A stretch of 64,000 nucleotides of DNA, taken from contig CAZADR010000003.1 in assembly GCA_964484005.1 (NCBI GenBank), forward strand, positions 24,910 through 88,909, given 5' to 3'. Made by a program: the position numbers and the translations under genes. The first letter of the stretch is position 1, and each line of letters begins with the position of its first letter. Below the pieces are notes generated by a model, which had not been told where the DNA came from, did not search any database, and saw only the letters and a list, made by a program, of their open reading frames with translations. Positions 46,307-55,660 of this stretch are shown here, piece after piece. Source of the stretch: an uncultured Candidatus Saccharibacteria bacterium (GTDB lineage Bacteria > Patescibacteriota > Minisyncoccia > Phycocordibacterales > UBA9973).

Positions 46307-47638
46307 ATGAAAAAAGAAAAAATACAAATAAGCCACTCAATTGATTTTCAAGTAAACGGAGGTAAGAAATTAAGTGGAAGTATCAAAACAAATTTTTCAA
46401 AGAACGGTTCTGTCGGCTTGCTTTGTGCTTCTCTTTTAAATAGTGGTACGACTACACTTCATGGTATTGCTCGTATTGAAGAAGTAAATAGAGTAATTGA
46501 AATACTTGAAAGTATCGGAGTATCGGTAAAATGGACAGATCGTAATACTGTAAAGATTACTCCTCCTAAAAAATTTGACTTAAAAAATATAAATGTTGAA
46601 TCAGCTATAAAGACTCGTTCCATAGTAATGCTTATGGGTCCCCTTATTCACAAATTTTCTTCTTTTTCTCTTCCTCATGCTCAAGGATGCAATCTCGGCA
46701 AGCGAACTATCGCCGCTCATACCTTTGCCCTCAATGAACTTGGTGTAAAGATAAAAACAAATTCAGCAGACTATGCGATTAGCCATAAAAAACTGAAGGG
46801 GGCAGAAATCGTGATGTATGAATCCGGAGACACTGCTTGTGAAAATGTTTTGACAGCTTCGGCATTAGTAGATGGAATGACCACTATCTCTTTTGCTAGT
46901 GCAAACTACATGGTTCAGGAAATTTGTTTCTTTCTGGAAGCCTTGGGGGTAAAAATAGATGGTATTGGTACTTCTACCTTAATCGTTCATGGACTCAAAG
47001 AAATAAATAAAAATATAGAGTATTGGAACAGTGAAGATCCTATTGAATCTATGATGTTTATCTCTGCTTGTATCGTCACAGACTCTAGACTCACCATCAC
47101 CAGATGCCCGATAGATTTTCTTTCTCTTGAATTGGAAAAATTAAAGAGAATGAATTTGAAATATAAAATATTAAAAAGATATTATTCAAACAATGGACGA
47201 ACCAAGCTCGCAGATATTGAAATCTTACCAAGCAAACTAAAAGCTTTAGTAGATAAAATACATTCAAACCCTTACCCAGGTATAAATATAGACAACTTGC
47301 CTTTTTTTGTGCCTATCGCCATCCGCGCTAAGGGTCAGACCATGATACATGACTGGGTTTATGAAAATCGGGCTATTTATTTTACTGAATTAAATCGACT
47401 TGGAGCCAATATATCTTTGGCTGATCCACACCGAGTATATATTACAGGTGGAACTTCTCTTTATGCTGCGCAAGTAGTCTGCCCTCCTGCCCTACGCCCA
47501 TCGATGGTAATACTCATTTCCATGTTAGCCGCAAAGGGCACTTCTATCCTTCGAAATGTATATATGATAAATCGAGGTTATGAAGAAATAGCGGAACGCC
47601 TAAACTCTATCGGTGCAGATATTAAAATAATTCATTAA
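46307..47638 (+). CDS. murA: UDP-N-acetylglucosamine 1-carboxyvinyltransferase
   Basis: EPSP-synthase fold. N-terminus aligns with MurA (KIQISHS...GSVGLLCASLL). 443 aa. Confidence 0.9.
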   Translation: MKKEKIQISHSIDFQVNGGKKLSGSIKTNFSKNGSVGLLCASLLNSGTTTLHGIARIEEVNRVIEILESIGVSVKWTDRNTVKITPPKKFDLKNINVESAIKTRSIVMLMGPLIHKFSSFSLPHAQGCNLGKRTIAAHTFALNELGVKIKTNSADYAISHKKLKGAEIVMYESGDTACENVLTASALVDGMTTISFASANYMVQEICFFLEALGVKIDGIGTSTLIVHGLKEINKNIEYWNSEDPIESMMFISACIVTDSRLTITRCPIDFLSLELEKLKRMNLKYKILKRYYSNNGRTKLADIEILPSKLKALVDKIHSNPYPGINIDNLPFFVPIAIRAKGQTMIHDWVYENRAIYFTELNRLGANISLADPHRVYITGGTSLYAAQVVCPPALRPSMVILISMLAAKGTSILRNVYMINRGYEEIAERLNSIGADIKIIH

Positions 47639-47644
47639 TTTATT

Positions 47645-48487
47645 TTGAAAAAAGTTATTGTAATTTTAGGACAAACAGCCACAGGCAAAAGTGACTTGGC
47701 AGTAAAAATAGCAAAAAAGATAAATGGAGAAATAATCTCAGCTGATTCAAGGCAGGTGTATAAAAACTTAGATATTGGCACAGGAAAAATATCTAAGAGA
47801 GAGATGAAGGGTGTTTCCCACTATCTGCTTGATATAATGAATCCCAAAAAGAAATTTACAGTAGCAGAATATAAAAAACTCGCTGAAGAAAAAATAAAGG
47901 AAATAATTTCCCGAGATAAAACACCTATTATTTGTGGAGGCACAGGGTTTTATATAGATGCTGTTACTAAAGGTGTTGTTTTTCCCGAAGTTCCTCCAAA
48001 TGTAAAATTAAGAAAAATTTTAGAAAAAAAAGAAGCTCCAGAGCTCTTAAAGATCTTAATAAAATTAGATAAAGTCAGGGCCAAAAATATAGATATAAAC
48101 AATAAAGTCAGATTAATCAGGGCTATTGAGATAGCTAAAGCTCTGGGGAAAGTTCCAAAAATCAAAGAAACAAAACCTTTGTATAAATTTATAAAAATTG
48201 GCCTGTATTTGCCGGCAGAAAAACTAGAAAAGAAAGTAGAGAAAAGAGTGGCTAAAATGTTTCAAGCTGGCTTGTTAAATGAAATTAAAAAGTTAAAAAA
48301 GCTGGGAGTATCTGATAAGAGATTAAAGGAATTTGGTTTTGAATACTTTGAACCTACCAAAGATAAGGTGATTTTGGGAACTATTAAATACGCCAAACGC
48401 CAAATGACTTGGTTTAAACGCGACAAGCAAATAAAGTGGTTTGATGTTTCAAAAAAAGTTGACCGTGATATAATAAAACTATTATGA
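47645..48487 (+). CDS. miaA: tRNA dimethylallyltransferase
   Basis: P-loop GQTATGKS and IISADSRQVYK motif. TTG start. 280 aa. Confidence 0.85.
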   Translation: MKKVIVILGQTATGKSDLAVKIAKKINGEIISADSRQVYKNLDIGTGKISKREMKGVSHYLLDIMNPKKKFTVAEYKKLAEEKIKEIISRDKTPIICGGTGFYIDAVTKGVVFPEVPPNVKLRKILEKKEAPELLKILIKLDKVRAKNIDINNKVRLIRAIEIAKALGKVPKIKETKPLYKFIKIGLYLPAEKLEKKVEKRVAKMFQAGLLNEIKKLKKLGVSDKRLKEFGFEYFEPTKDKVILGTIKYAKRQMTWFKRDKQIKWFDVSKKVDRDIIKLL

Positions 48488-48822
48488 AAACAATAATACA
48501 TTGGCTTATATCAGCCTTAGCTATATTAGTAACAGCGTATTTATTACCAGGGGTTCATGTGGATGGTCTGCTCGCAGCGTTTATATTAGCAATAGTTTTG
48601 GGAGCGATAAATACATTTTTGCGCCCAATATTAGTCTTGCTAACATTGCCACTCACTGTGGTGTCCTTGGGACTCTTTGTGTTGTTTATAAATGGATTTT
48701 TGGTAATCTTAGCGACATATATAGTTCCAGGATTTTCAGTTACAAACTATTGGTGGGCATTCCTATTTGGAATAGTCCTAGCTATTGTGAGCTATGTTCT
48801 AGAAATTTTTGAGAAAGAATAA
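48484..48822 (+). CDS. DUF360 / phage-holin-family-4-like small membrane protein
   Basis: 112 aa with 4 TM helices and LLPGVHVDG / IVPGFSVTNYW motifs typical of this family. Confidence 0.6.
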   Translation: MKTIIHWLISALAILVTAYLLPGVHVDGLLAAFILAIVLGAINTFLRPILVLLTLPLTVVSLGLFVLFINGFLVILATYIVPGFSVTNYWWAFLFGIVLAIVSYVLEIFEKE

Positions 48823-48884
48823 AAGCTTTTGACTTTTTGTTCCGAAAATATCACAATCAAAGCATTATAATCTAATAAAAACAA

Positions 48885-49349
48885 ATGCATCCAGAAAAAA
48901 AATTAGGAGCAATATTTCCAAGGAGAGAAAAAACTGAAGATCAGATTACAATTGATTTATCCAATCTAGAAAATTACGAAGAAATGCTTCAGTGGATGAA
49001 AAGCGAGGTGGAAAGCTTCGCTAAAGAGCACAGTGATTACATGTCTAAAAGCATGCTTAAGGAACAATTTGAAAAAATTGCTCGGTCTTTGGCAAAAAAA
49101 TTAAATATAACAATAGAACAACTTAACATTGATGCTATCGTTAAATGTGACGAAGAAACAAATTACCCACCCGACGAACCTGAGAGCGGAACCACTGAGG
49201 GAACATTTTCATTACTAGGTAAAAATATTTTTGATTATTATTCATTCTCTGACGGTTATAACTTTAGAATAACAGGGTGGCTAGATAGTGAGTTAAAGAC
49301 TGCACTGCCTCTATTGATTCAATATTTAAAAGATCAAGGTAAAAATTAA
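48885..49349 (+). CDS. Hypothetical acidic protein
   Basis: 154 aa. No recognisable family. Confidence 0.4.
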   Translation: MHPEKKLGAIFPRREKTEDQITIDLSNLENYEEMLQWMKSEVESFAKEHSDYMSKSMLKEQFEKIARSLAKKLNITIEQLNIDAIVKCDEETNYPPDEPESGTTEGTFSLLGKNIFDYYSFSDGYNFRITGWLDSELKTALPLLIQYLKDQGKN

Positions 49350-49515
49350 GGAGATTGCAATAAGGAAAACGCGAGTACGCTTTCGGTCACGAGTATTTTT
49401 CTGTTGAAAAATCTCTCGATCCCGCCTCGCACCGTCGTGCTCTGGCTTTCGATTCCCTATCTCCACGCGCAGAAGAATACTCAGATAGCATTTAGCTATC
49501 TTGCGTATTTCTTTG
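49350..49515. ncRNA. GC-rich intergenic region of about 165 nt, candidate structured ncRNA (strand and identity unresolved)
   Basis: GC is far above the local background. There is no protein-coding potential (the best ORF is 34 aa). It ends with hairpin agatagc-attta-gctatct and abuts the tRNA-Trp 3' end. Confidence 0.3.
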
Positions 49516-49586
49516 CGGGCGATGAGGGAATCGAACCCCCGCCAGCGGTTTTGGAGACCGCTGTTCTACCACTAAACTAATCGCCC
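49516..49586 (-). tRNA. tRNA-Trp (anticodon CCA)
   Basis: Minus strand: acceptor gggcgat/atcgccc, anticodon stem gcggt/accgc, loop cuCCAaa, T-loop ttcgatt. Confidence 0.85.
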
Positions 49587-49664
49587 TTTCAATATAAACT
49601 TGAGCTCCATATAACAAAAAACGACCTTAGGCCGTCTTTAGTATAGCAGAAAAGCAGAGAAAAT

Positions 49665-49823
49665 CTATTTTTTGATCTCTTTGTGCTTGGTCTGCTTTCG
49701 GCACCATTTGCAGAATTTTTTAAGCTCGATTTTTTTAGTAACGAGTTTCTTGTTCTTGCTGGACCAATAATTTATGTGTTTGCAAGTTCCACAGGCGAGT
49801 TTTATAAGTCTATCTTGTGACAT
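49665..49823 (-). CDS. rpmG: 50S ribosomal protein L33 (52 aa; below the ORF-track cutoff)
   Basis: MSQDRLIKLACGTCKHINYWSSKNKK...LKKFCKWCRKQTKHKEIK: L33 zinc-ribbon pattern CxxC...CxxC. The classic rpmG/tRNA-Trp linkage holds here. Confidence 0.8.
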   Translation of the reverse strand: MSQDRLIKLACGTCKHINYWSSKNKKLVTKKIELKKFCKWCRKQTKHKEIKK

Positions 49824-49859
49824 ATCTATACATTAATACATTTTTTACTAAAATGCAAA

Positions 49860-51044
49860 TTATTTTATAATCCTTTTTACCAGAGGATTTATACGGTAAA
49901 AACGCTTGATTATAGGGTTTATGCGAGTAGTAATCTCATAATTTATGGTGTCTGAGTCTTGCGCCATGATGTCTGCCTCTGCGTAATGCCCATAATCACC
50001 TCCAATAATGGCGACTTCATCCCCCACTTTTGCTTTTATGCCGGTCAAATCTATGGCAATCATGTCCATAGACACTCGTCCGATGAGTTTTACTTTCTTG
50101 CCGTTTACATTAAATACTCCTTTTCCTGATAGAAGTCGTGGATACCCATGCCAATACCCTACTGGCACGATTCCTAATACAGAATTATGTTTTAATTGTT
50201 CCGTCAGGTCATAACCAATCTTTGTTCCCTTTGGTAAATTTTTTGTTTCTGTGATGATTGCTTTCCAAGAAAGAACTGGGTAAAGTTTGTATTTTTTATT
50301 CATGGCAACTTTTGTTTCCGGAGAAGGCCAAAGACCATACATGCCGATTCCAACTCTCACCATATCAAAATGTAATTCAGGGAAAAACATTGTAGAAGAA
50401 GTGGCAGAAATATGTTTTAAGGGTTTGTGTCCAAGTTTTCTGAACTCTTCGTGCCACTTTTCCAGCTTTTCTGCTTGAAGCATGGTATATTCTCTTCCTT
50501 CTAGTGCTTCGCCTACTGCCAGGTGGCTATACAAACCTTCTATTTCTATGTGTTTAGTTTTATTTTTGTCTTTAAAGAAATTTAGAACTTTGACCATGTC
50601 GTGCATCAAAAATCCCTGACGTCCCAATCCAGTATCAGCTTTTAAATGAATTTTTATTTTCTTACCAGATTTATTTTTTATTTTCAAGAGAGCACTAAGA
50701 GCAGGAAAACTAGAAATCGTAATAGAAATATTTTTTCTTATAGCTTCATCATAAAAAGCTCCTGAAACATAGCCAAAAACCATAATTTTTGTTTTTATGC
50801 CTGCCTTTCGTAGCTCTAGTGCTTCATCAAAAGAGTCTACTCCTAAAAATTTAATTCCTTGTTTTACAATTTCTTTTGAAAAAGGAACAAGGCCGTGCCC
50901 GTAGGCATTGGACTTTACTACAGCCATCAAGATGCATTTGTTCCCTATTATTTTTTTGAAAGTTTCAAAATTCTTTTTTATAGATGCCCTGTCGAGCTCT
51001 ACCCAAGTACGTAGTTTTGTTTTTTCTATTTGAGAAAGGCTCAT
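49860..51044 (-). CDS. alr: Alanine racemase
   Basis: PLP-lysine motif VVKSNAYGHG. 394 aa. Upstream of ddl on the same strand. Confidence 0.88.
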   Translation of the reverse strand: MSLSQIEKTKLRTWVELDRASIKKNFETFKKIIGNKCILMAVVKSNAYGHGLVPFSKEIVKQGIKFLGVDSFDEALELRKAGIKTKIMVFGYVSGAFYDEAIRKNISITISSFPALSALLKIKNKSGKKIKIHLKADTGLGRQGFLMHDMVKVLNFFKDKNKTKHIEIEGLYSHLAVGEALEGREYTMLQAEKLEKWHEEFRKLGHKPLKHISATSSTMFFPELHFDMVRVGIGMYGLWPSPETKVAMNKKYKLYPVLSWKAIITETKNLPKGTKIGYDLTEQLKHNSVLGIVPVGYWHGYPRLLSGKGVFNVNGKKVKLIGRVSMDMIAIDLTGIKAKVGDEVAIIGGDYGHYAEADIMAQDSDTINYEITTRINPIIKRFYRINPLVKRIIK

Positions 51045-52132
51045 ATGCTAGTCTTTAAATTTTTTTCTCTTTCAAATCTCTCTAGGGCGAGTTCAATCAA
51101 TTTATCTAAGAGCTTTGGTAGAGGTAAACCACTCGCTTCCCATAACTTAGGGTACATACTAATGGAAGTAAATCCGGGAATTGTATTTATTTCATTAACA
51201 TAAACCTTACCACTCTTTGTTAGAAAACTGTCCACTCTACCAAATCCTTCGCAATTTAGAACTTTAAAAGTCTTTACGGCAAGTTGTTGAACTATTTTTA
51301 TTTCTTTCTTAGAAATTTTAGCCGGAATTTCTGCGACAGATCCCTCATCTATATACTTCGCATCGTAAGAATAAAATTCCTGATTTGCAATAATTTCGCC
51401 CGGTATAGATGCTTTGGGATTATTATTTCCTAGCACCGAGCACTCTACTTCGCGTCCATTAATAAATTCCTCAATTATGACTTTTGTATCAAATTCAAAT
51501 GCTTCTTTTACTGCTTTATTAAACTCGTTTTTGTTTTTGACCTTACTCACTCCTACAGAAGAGCCCATATTTGCCGGCTTAATAAAAAGTGGCAAACCCA
51601 AGTCTTTTTTTGCTTTCTCAAAACTAACTTTTTCTCCATATCTCAAAGTAATAAATTTACCTATAGGAATACCAGCGTCTCGCATAAGGCATTTCATTAC
51701 ATCTTTATCCATTCCAACCGCAGATCCTAAAACACTCGCACCAACGAAAGGAATATTTGCCAGTTTCAACATTCCTTGCACCGTACCGTCTTCACCAAAA
51801 GGTCCATGCAACACCGGAAAAACAACATCAATGAAAGTTTTTGAATTAGTATTGCTTAAATTGGAAATCATCCCGCCTCCTTGCGGAACAAGAGCAACGC
51901 TATCACTGTTTGCAGAATTTAGTTTGTAAAGTTTCGGATTAGTTTTATCTAAAAGTTTTATTGAAGAATTACCAAGTATCCATTTGCCTTTCTTGTCTAT
52001 ACCAATCAACACTACTTCATATTTATTTTTATCAAGAGCATTAAAAACATTTTCCGCAGAGCGCAGAGAGACTTCGTGCTCTGCCGACTTTCCCCCAAAA
52101 AGTATTCCAATTTGTAATTTATCTTTTTTCAT
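51041..52132 (-). CDS. ddl: D-alanine--D-alanine ligase
   Basis: ATP-grasp fold. N-terminus [15 protein letters not shown]. 363 aa. Confidence 0.9.
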   Translation of the reverse strand: MKKDKLQIGILFGGKSAEHEVSLRSAENVFNALDKNKYEVVLIGIDKKGKWILGNSSIKLLDKTNPKLYKLNSANSDSVALVPQGGGMISNLSNTNSKTFIDVVFPVLHGPFGEDGTVQGMLKLANIPFVGASVLGSAVGMDKDVMKCLMRDAGIPIGKFITLRYGEKVSFEKAKKDLGLPLFIKPANMGSSVGVSKVKNKNEFNKAVKEAFEFDTKVIIEEFINGREVECSVLGNNNPKASIPGEIIANQEFYSYDAKYIDEGSVAEIPAKISKKEIKIVQQLAVKTFKVLNCEGFGRVDSFLTKSGKVYVNEINTIPGFTSISMYPKLWEASGLPLPKLLDKLIELALERFEREKNLKTSI

Positions 52133-52137
52133 ATTAC

Positions 52138-53268
52138 CTAAAACAACTTAATTACGTCGTGGTAAGTGATGAGAAGCATGAAGAATATCAAAATAGAAAA
52201 ACCGATTGCATTAGCAGTGTTGGCAACTTTTGGTTTTATAGGAGAGCCTTTAATTTTTTCAATTAAAAGAAAGAATAAACGGCCACCATCGAGTGCTGGA
52301 AAAGGCAGTATGTTAATGATTGCAAGATTGATTGAAATAAGTGCCGCAAAGGACATTAAATAAACAAAACCAAATTCATAAGCATCTCCGACGATGCCGA
52401 CCATTCCCACAGGTCCTGTGACTGAATCAAAGCTCCCGTTGCCCTTTATGGCCTCAGAAATAAGCGTATAAAGCCCTACAGCGGTACTTTTGGTCATAAA
52501 CCAGTTCAAACGCAGACCTTGCCAAAATGCCTGAAATAGAGGCAATTTAGCCGTACCAATTTGATCCATAGATATGCCTATAAATAGCTCGTCTGCTGCA
52601 TTTTTTTCAGGAAGAAGTACGGTATTTTTTACTTCTTGGTCTTTACCTCGAATATACCCAATATTAATTTCTTTTCCCTCACTTCCTACTACAAAAGATT
52701 TTACAGTCTCTGGACTAATATAAGAAGTGGAAATACCTTCTCTTTCAATATTTACAATCTTATCACCTGTCTTGAGTCCAGCATCATACGCAGGAGATAG
52801 AGGTAAGACAGAAGTAACTACTAGATTTATATCTTTTAATTCAAAATTGGCCAACTCACTGTTTACCGAAGTAGGAAGTCCAGACATAAGACCAAAAGAA
52901 AACAAAACCCAAGCTAATAAGAAATTGGAGAAGATTCCAGCAAAAAGAACTATCGCTTGTTTCCATTTTGCCTTGTGTACAAAACTTCTAGATAAATCTG
53001 GCTTTATTTTTTTGTCATCTTCCAAAAAGCCGACTTCTACAAAGTCAGCTTCTTCAAAACTTTCTCCAAAAATTTTAACAAATCCACCAAGGGGTAATAA
53101 ATTGAAACTATATTCTGTCTCCCCTATTTTTTTACTGAATAATTTTGGCGGAAAACCAAAACCAAATTCATCTACTCTGATACCAAATTTTTTCGCAGCA
53201 AAAAAATGCCCAAACTCATGCACTAAAACCAAAACCAATAATATTATTATAAAAATTAATATATTCAT
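52138..53268 (-). CDS. rseP: RIP metalloprotease RseP (site-2 protease) with PDZ
   Basis: [10 protein letters not shown] zinc motif in TM1, a PDZ domain and a C-terminal LDGG motif. Confidence 0.85.
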   Translation of the reverse strand: MNILIFIIILLVLVLVHEFGHFFAAKKFGIRVDEFGFGFPPKLFSKKIGETEYSFNLLPLGGFVKIFGESFEEADFVEVGFLEDDKKIKPDLSRSFVHKAKWKQAIVLFAGIFSNFLLAWVLFSFGLMSGLPTSVNSELANFELKDINLVVTSVLPLSPAYDAGLKTGDKIVNIEREGISTSYISPETVKSFVVGSEGKEINIGYIRGKDQEVKNTVLLPEKNAADELFIGISMDQIGTAKLPLFQAFWQGLRLNWFMTKSTAVGLYTLISEAIKGNGSFDSVTGPVGMVGIVGDAYEFGFVYLMSFAALISINLAIINILPFPALDGGRLFFLLIEKIKGSPIKPKVANTANAIGFSILIFFMLLITYHDVIKLF

Positions 53269-53274
53269 GCGTTT

Positions 53275-53826
53275 TTAACCCATCACTTCCTTTTCTTTCT
53301 TTTTAAAGACAGCTTCTAGGTTGCTATTTACTTCGTTGATAATCTTTTGAAGTTCTTCTTTGGCTCGAAATCTCTCGTCTTCTGTCATTTTCCCTTCTTT
53401 TTCTTTTTCTTCAATATCGCTCATTACTGCTTCACGTTCTTTGCGAACAGTAATTCTACTTTCTTCCAATTTTTCTTTTAAAACTTTTACGAGAGTTTGC
53501 CTGGTTTCGGTAGTAAGTTGGGGAAAAATAACTCTTATGCCCATATCATCGGTGGCTACGGATAAGCCCAAGTTTGAACCGATAATTGCTTTTTCAATAT
53601 TTTTGACCAAGCTTTTATCCCAAGGTGCGATGCGTAATGTTTTAGAATCTTCAATAGAAACAGAGGCGGTGTTTTTTAATGGAACAAAAGAGCCATAGGA
53701 CTCTACCGAGACTCCATCTAAAACCATAGGTGAAGCCCTGCCTATGTTTAACTGAGTATATTCTTTGCTTAAATAATCCTCTACTTTTTTGAGTTCGTTC
53801 TTAAAATTTGAAAAATTGTATTGCAT
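53275..53826 (-). CDS. frr: Ribosome recycling factor
   Basis: 183 aa RRF with typical N-terminus and a C-terminal helical bundle. Confidence 0.9.
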   Translation of the reverse strand: MQYNFSNFKNELKKVEDYLSKEYTQLNIGRASPMVLDGVSVESYGSFVPLKNTASVSIEDSKTLRIAPWDKSLVKNIEKAIIGSNLGLSVATDDMGIRVIFPQLTTETRQTLVKVLKEKLEESRITVRKEREAVMSDIEEKEKEGKMTEDERFRAKEELQKIINEVNSNLEAVFKKKEKEVMG

Positions 53827-53847
53827 ATATTTCTAGTATAACAGAAA

Positions 53848-54576
53848 TTAAAAAATGGGGGTAATTAGGGCTACGGATTCCATTAAAGTCTTAGTAGAGC
53901 TTCCTGGCATGCGTAAAAATTCACGAACTTTGAAAAAATGCTCCAAACAAGCTATGTGAGATTTATACCATTCAGAATTCTTTAATAGTTTGTTGTAAAC
54001 AACAGCCTCAAGTGTGTTTAAGAATTTCAATGATTTTGAGCGTGCTGAGTCTAAAATCATAATTTTGTTTCCCTCTTCATCTTTTTCTTCGGGATCATTT
54101 AATAATTCTTTTATGAAATCTATTCTTTCTCGAAGTGACATGGAGATAAATTTTTCTATTTCTTTTACATTTTCCCCTAAGCCCGGTTTAGGGGAAATAA
54201 AGTAAAATCTAGAAATAAGGGTTTTTAATAAAACACCTGTATCTGGAATTACTAAAAAGAAATGAGTATTTTCAATCGGCTCTTCAAACATTTTCAGTAA
54301 GACATTTTGGGCATCAAGGGTAATAGTATTAATACAAATTAAAAATACTTTTTTTGTTACAGAAAAACTTTTATCAGAAGACATCGCTCGTAAAGAAAAT
54401 GCTTCATCAATTTTAAAATTATCTATTGTAATATGACAAAAGTCCGGGTTGCCCACAGTGCTCAAGCCCATTAGTTTAGATAATTCTATTATTTCTGGAA
54501 CAATTTCGTCTCGTACACCCTCTATCAAATATGCATGGTGCAGATTTTCTTTATCTAAATGTTGTAAAATATTCAT
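53848..54576 (-). CDS. holB: DNA polymerase III delta' subunit-like clamp-loader protein
   Basis: AAA+-like fold with LLKMFEEP (the LLKTLEEP-box equivalent) and sensor ISRF. 242 aa. Confidence 0.6.
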   Translation of the reverse strand: MNILQHLDKENLHHAYLIEGVRDEIVPEIIELSKLMGLSTVGNPDFCHITIDNFKIDEAFSLRAMSSDKSFSVTKKVFLICINTITLDAQNVLLKMFEEPIENTHFFLVIPDTGVLLKTLISRFYFISPKPGLGENVKEIEKFISMSLRERIDFIKELLNDPEEKDEEGNKIMILDSARSKSLKFLNTLEAVVYNKLLKNSEWYKSHIACLEHFFKVREFLRMPGSSTKTLMESVALITPIF

Positions 54577-54578
54577 TA

Positions 54579-55592
54579 CTATTTTTTACTTAAAACAGTT
54601 TTTTTGTAGACATCAAGATGTTCTAATGCGATACCTGTTCCCTTTACTACGCAAAACAATGCATCATCTGCCAAGGTAGCTTTTACTCCTGTCTTTCTGA
54701 AAACCAAATCGGTAAGGTTTCTAAGTTGAGACGAGCCACCAGTCATAATAATTCCATGATCTATGATATCAGAAGCTAGTTCGGGAGGAGTTTCCTGCAA
54801 AACATCTTTTATGGCCTTGATTATTTGTCTAAGTTCGGGATCAATAGCTTTTACTATTTCATTGGTTCCAACTTGGGCTGATCTTGGAAGTCCTTGAATA
54901 AAATCTCTTCCTTTTATCGTTACTCGGAGTTCTTCGTCGAGTTGAACAGCAGCACCAATTTTTATTTTTACTTCTTCAGCTGTTCTGTCTCCGATAGCAA
55001 GGTTAAAGGTTTTTTTAATATAATCTGCGATGGCTTGATCAATTTTATTTCCAGCAAATTTTACGGAGGTAGAAGCTACTATTCCTCCAAGGGAGATCAC
55101 GGCTACGTCTGTCGTGCCTCCACCTATGTCTACTACCATGTATCCCTTTGATTCATAAATAGGAATACCTGCGCCGATGGCAGCTAAAATTGGCTCTTTG
55201 ACTACATATGCATTTTTTGCTCCTGCGCGGATAGCTGCTTCTACTACGGCTCGTCTTTCAGTAGAAGTTACTCCTGCAGGTACAGAAACCATAACATCTG
55301 GTTTGAAGAAACTAAATTTTCCCATTGCCTTACTAATAAAATAACGAAGCATCGCTTCGGTTACTCGATAATCTGCGATTACTCCGTCTTTCATTGGACA
55401 ATATGTAATAATAGAATCTGGCGTTTTACCAACCATGTCTTTTGCCTCAAATCCAATAGCCAAGATTTTGTTGTCTTGCTCAGATACAGCAACAACAGAA
55501 GGTTCATTTAAAACTATGCCTTTGCCAGGCACAAAAACAAGCGTGTTGGCTGTGCCTAAATCTATACCTAATTTACGCGAAAAAAATCCCAT
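54579..55592 (-). CDS. mreB: Rod-shape determining protein MreB
   Basis: Actin-like ATPase. Start at MGFFSRKLGIDLGTANT. The ORF extends upstream to 55685, but the canonical MreB N-terminus begins at 55592. Confidence 0.9.
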   Translation of the reverse strand: MGFFSRKLGIDLGTANTLVFVPGKGIVLNEPSVVAVSEQDNKILAIGFEAKDMVGKTPDSIITYCPMKDGVIADYRVTEAMLRYFISKAMGKFSFFKPDVMVSVPAGVTSTERRAVVEAAIRAGAKNAYVVKEPILAAIGAGIPIYESKGYMVVDIGGGTTDVAVISLGGIVASTSVKFAGNKIDQAIADYIKKTFNLAIGDRTAEEVKIKIGAAVQLDEELRVTIKGRDFIQGLPRSAQVGTNEIVKAIDPELRQIIKAIKDVLQETPPELASDIIDHGIIMTGGSSQLRNLTDLVFRKTGVKATLADDALFCVVKGTGIALEHLDVYKKTVLSKK

Positions 55593-55660
55593 AAAGCTAA
55601 TATAACATATATTTATGTTAGAATGAAGTTGTAAAAAGGTTATAAAAACATTCAAAAAAC

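Noticed and set aside
49350-49515. Assignment of the GC-rich spacer to SRP (4.5S) RNA or a pseudo-tRNA
   Set aside because: There is a loose resemblance (gacggtgcgaggcgggatcg versus the E. coli 4.5S 3' strand, and a ttcgattccc T-loop-like string). The conserved GGAAGCAGCC domain-IV motif and any tRNA-like stems are absent. It remains an unassigned candidate ncRNA.
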